From the NCBI GenBank assembly GCA_963933835.1, contig CAWVVV010000001.1, forward strand, positions 1 to 64,000: 64,000 nucleotides of DNA. Direction: 5' to 3'. This document shows positions 61,982-64,000 of the stretch, in pieces (position 1 is the stretch's first letter; the number at the start of each line of letters is the position of its first letter). This stretch comes from an uncultured Puniceicoccaceae bacterium (lineage in GTDB: Bacteria > Verrucomicrobiota > Verrucomicrobiia > Opitutales > Oceanipulchritudinaceae). A program made the translations under genes and the position numbers. The notes beneath the pieces are model-generated. The model was not told the origin of the DNA. It saw only the letters and a program-made list of their open reading frames with translations, and ran no database searches.

Positions 61982-63691
61982 ATGGCAGACCTACCTCGCC
62001 CACATTCTTCTGTTGTCGTCGACGGCGACGACCGCGCCCCCGCTCGCTCAATGCTTCGCGCCACTGGCTTCGAAGATGAGGATTTTAAAAAGCCGCAGAT
62101 CGGTGTCGTTAGCACTTGGAGCGATCTCACGCCCTGCAATATGCACATCGACGAGCTCGCAAGCGCAGCCCAAGACGGCATCAATCAAAACGGCGGCAAA
62201 GCCGTCACCTTCGGGACTATCACAGTCTCGGATGGCATTTCGATGGGAACCAAGGGCATGCGCTACAGTCTCGTCTCCCGTGAGGTCATTGCCGATTCCG
62301 TCGAAACGGTTGTCGCAGCAGAAGGCTTCGATGGCCTCGTTGCGATCGGTGGATGTGATAAAAATATGCCCGGCTGTATGATCGCCATCGCACGCCTAAA
62401 TCGCCCTGCAGTCTTTGTCTACGGTGGTAGTATTCTTCCCGGCTTCACAAAGAACGACACGAAGGAGGAGAAGCCGATGGACATCGTTTCGGTCTTTGAA
62501 GCAGTCGGGCAACATGCCAAGGGACAGCTTACCGACGAAGGTCTCAAAGAAGTCGAAAAGTGTGCGATTCCGGGAGCCGGATCCTGTGGTGGCATGTATA
62601 CCGCCAACTCGATGGCGAGCGCGATTGAAGCCCTTGGGATGAGTCTCCCAGGCAGCAGTGCGCAACTTGCGATCAGCAAAGACAAACGCCTCGACTGTGA
62701 AAACGCGGGCAAGGCCGTCCTCAAGATGCTCGAGCTCGGCATCACTCCCCGCGACATTCTAACCCGGGAAGCCTTCGAAAACGCTATTATCATCTGCATC
62801 GCCTTAGGTGGTTCGACGAATCTCGTCCTTCACCTCCTCGCGATCGCACATGCTGCTGAGGTCGAGCTTTCGATCGACGACTTTGCGGTGCTCGGATCAA
62901 AGGTGCCTCTCCTCTGCGACGTGAAACCCTTTGGCAAATACAACATGAGCCACCTCATCCGCATTGGTGGCATTCGCCCTATGATGAAGATACTTCTGGA
63001 TAAGGGCCTCCTTCACGGCGACTGCATGACCTGCACCGGCCAGACACTCGCCGAATCCCTCGATGGCGTTGGACCCTATCCGGAGTTTCCCGCAAAGCAG
63101 GACATCGTGCGCCCATGGGACGACCCCATTAAGTCCGAGTCCCACCTGCGCATCCTCCGCGGCAACTTGGCTCCCGGCGGAGCAGTGGGCAAGATCACCG
63201 GGAAAGAAGGACTCTACTTCAAAGGCGTCGCTAAAGTTTACGAAGGCGAAGAAGATGCGCTCAAAGGCATTCTGCGCGGCGATGTCGTCGCCGGCGATGT
63301 CGTCGTCATCCGCAACGAAGGCCCTGTCGGTGGTCCTGGAATGCGCGAAATGCTGTCGCCGACCAGCGCGGTCGCGGGGCGTGGACTGATCAAAGAGGTC
63401 GCCCTCATCACCGATGGCAGATTCTCAGGTGGCTCGCATGGCTTTGATGTCGGGCATATCACGCCCGAAGCTGCTTGTGGCGGTGCCATCGGAGTCGTCA
63501 AGAGTGGCGACACGATCGAAATCGACGCAGTCAAGAATACCATTTCTGTTCTCATATCGGACAAAGAACTCGACGAACGCATGGCCTCCTACGTGCCGAA
63601 AGGTCCAGGCGAGAAACGTGGAGTGCTTGGTAAATACGCTAAATTGGCTTCGACCGCGAGCGAAGGTGGTGTGACCGACAAAGGGCTTTGA
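61982..63691 (+). CDS. ilvD: Dihydroxy-acid dehydratase
   Basis: PCNMH, VSDGISMGT, GGCDKNMPG, CGGMYTAN, GGPGMREML and TDGRFSGG motifs. Confidence 0.98.
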   Translation: MADLPRPHSSVVVDGDDRAPARSMLRATGFEDEDFKKPQIGVVSTWSDLTPCNMHIDELASAAQDGINQNGGKAVTFGTITVSDGISMGTKGMRYSLVSREVIADSVETVVAAEGFDGLVAIGGCDKNMPGCMIAIARLNRPAVFVYGGSILPGFTKNDTKEEKPMDIVSVFEAVGQHAKGQLTDEGLKEVEKCAIPGAGSCGGMYTANSMASAIEALGMSLPGSSAQLAISKDKRLDCENAGKAVLKMLELGITPRDILTREAFENAIIICIALGGSTNLVLHLLAIAHAAEVELSIDDFAVLGSKVPLLCDVKPFGKYNMSHLIRIGGIRPMMKILLDKGLLHGDCMTCTGQTLAESLDGVGPYPEFPAKQDIVRPWDDPIKSESHLRILRGNLAPGGAVGKITGKEGLYFKGVAKVYEGEEDALKGILRGDVVAGDVVVIRNEGPVGGPGMREMLSPTSAVAGRGLIKEVALITDGRFSGGSHGFDVGHITPEAACGGAIGVVKSGDTIEIDAVKNTISVLISDKELDERMASYVPKGPGEKRGVLGKYAKLASTASEGGVTDKGL

Positions 63692-63787
63692 CCACCGCAA
63701 ACGCGCGCAGCTCAGGAATTGCCGGTGTTTGACACCCTACTGACCGATTTACTAATACATAAGACGTAGACAGTTACGACTCCCCCC

Positions 63788-64000
63788 ATGCTTCGAATAC
63801 TCCCAGCCCTCGTTTTAATTCTAATCCCTGCACTTCTCGCAGCCCAAGAGCGTGACTTGAAATGGGTTCTCGACCGCTATGTCGATGCCGCCGGTGGTCG
63901 AGCAAACCTCAACGATTTGAAGTCCATTGTCATCGAGGGCACGCTGACCGTTGATGATCAAAACTCGGTCAGGATCAAAGTGATGAAAAAGCGGTCGAAT
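63788..64000 (+). CDS. Secreted protein, possibly LolA-like/outer-membrane sorting family; runs off the window
   Basis: Hand translation MLRILPALVLILIPALLAAQERDLKWVLDRYVDAAGGRANLNDLKSIVIEGTL: signal peptide plus a Y-x-x-A-x-GG motif. Confidence 0.6.
   Translation, partial: MLRILPALVLILIPALLAAQERDLKWVLDRYVDAAGGRANLNDLKSIVIEGTLTVDDQNSVRIKVMKKRSN

Overview
A 64-kb bacterial chromosomal window. It is probably Verrucomicrobiota (Opitutales-like); this is an inference from the PEP-CTERM protein, the alternative complex III plus cbb3-oxidase operon and the general gene content. In order, it holds: (1) a decaying LacI-controlled sugar locus (GPH transporter, broken glycosidase, UroD-like remnant); (2) a DeoR-rhaEW-rhaB rhamnulose cluster, mqo and a XylR-type regulator; (3) lysS-lolC/E-lolD-gnnA-like-lpxB; (4) a spondin/PEP-CTERM gene, rnr and xseB-dxs; (5) a frameshifted CHASE2 adenylate cyclase; (6) an 11-gene alternative complex III (actA-F) plus cbb3-type oxidase operon with a nearby CcoI-like Cu-ATPase; (7) coaE-rho, pgsA-pgpA, coaD and an MFS gene; (8) a flagellin plus an unusual flagellin-derived protein, each behind a sigma28-like promoter; (9) a DegT aminotransferase, a truncated nucleotide-sugar dehydrogenase, scpB and ilvD. 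The most notable unexplained features are a multi-stem RNA-like structure in the leader of the respiratory operon, a 47-aa ORF below the ORF-track cutoff with its own RBS and terminator, and the D0-degenerate flagellin paralogue with an internal domain duplication. About a dozen accessory genes are broken by deletions, frameshifts or nonsense codons while the core genes are intact. No tRNA, rRNA, CRISPR array or intact mobile element was seen.
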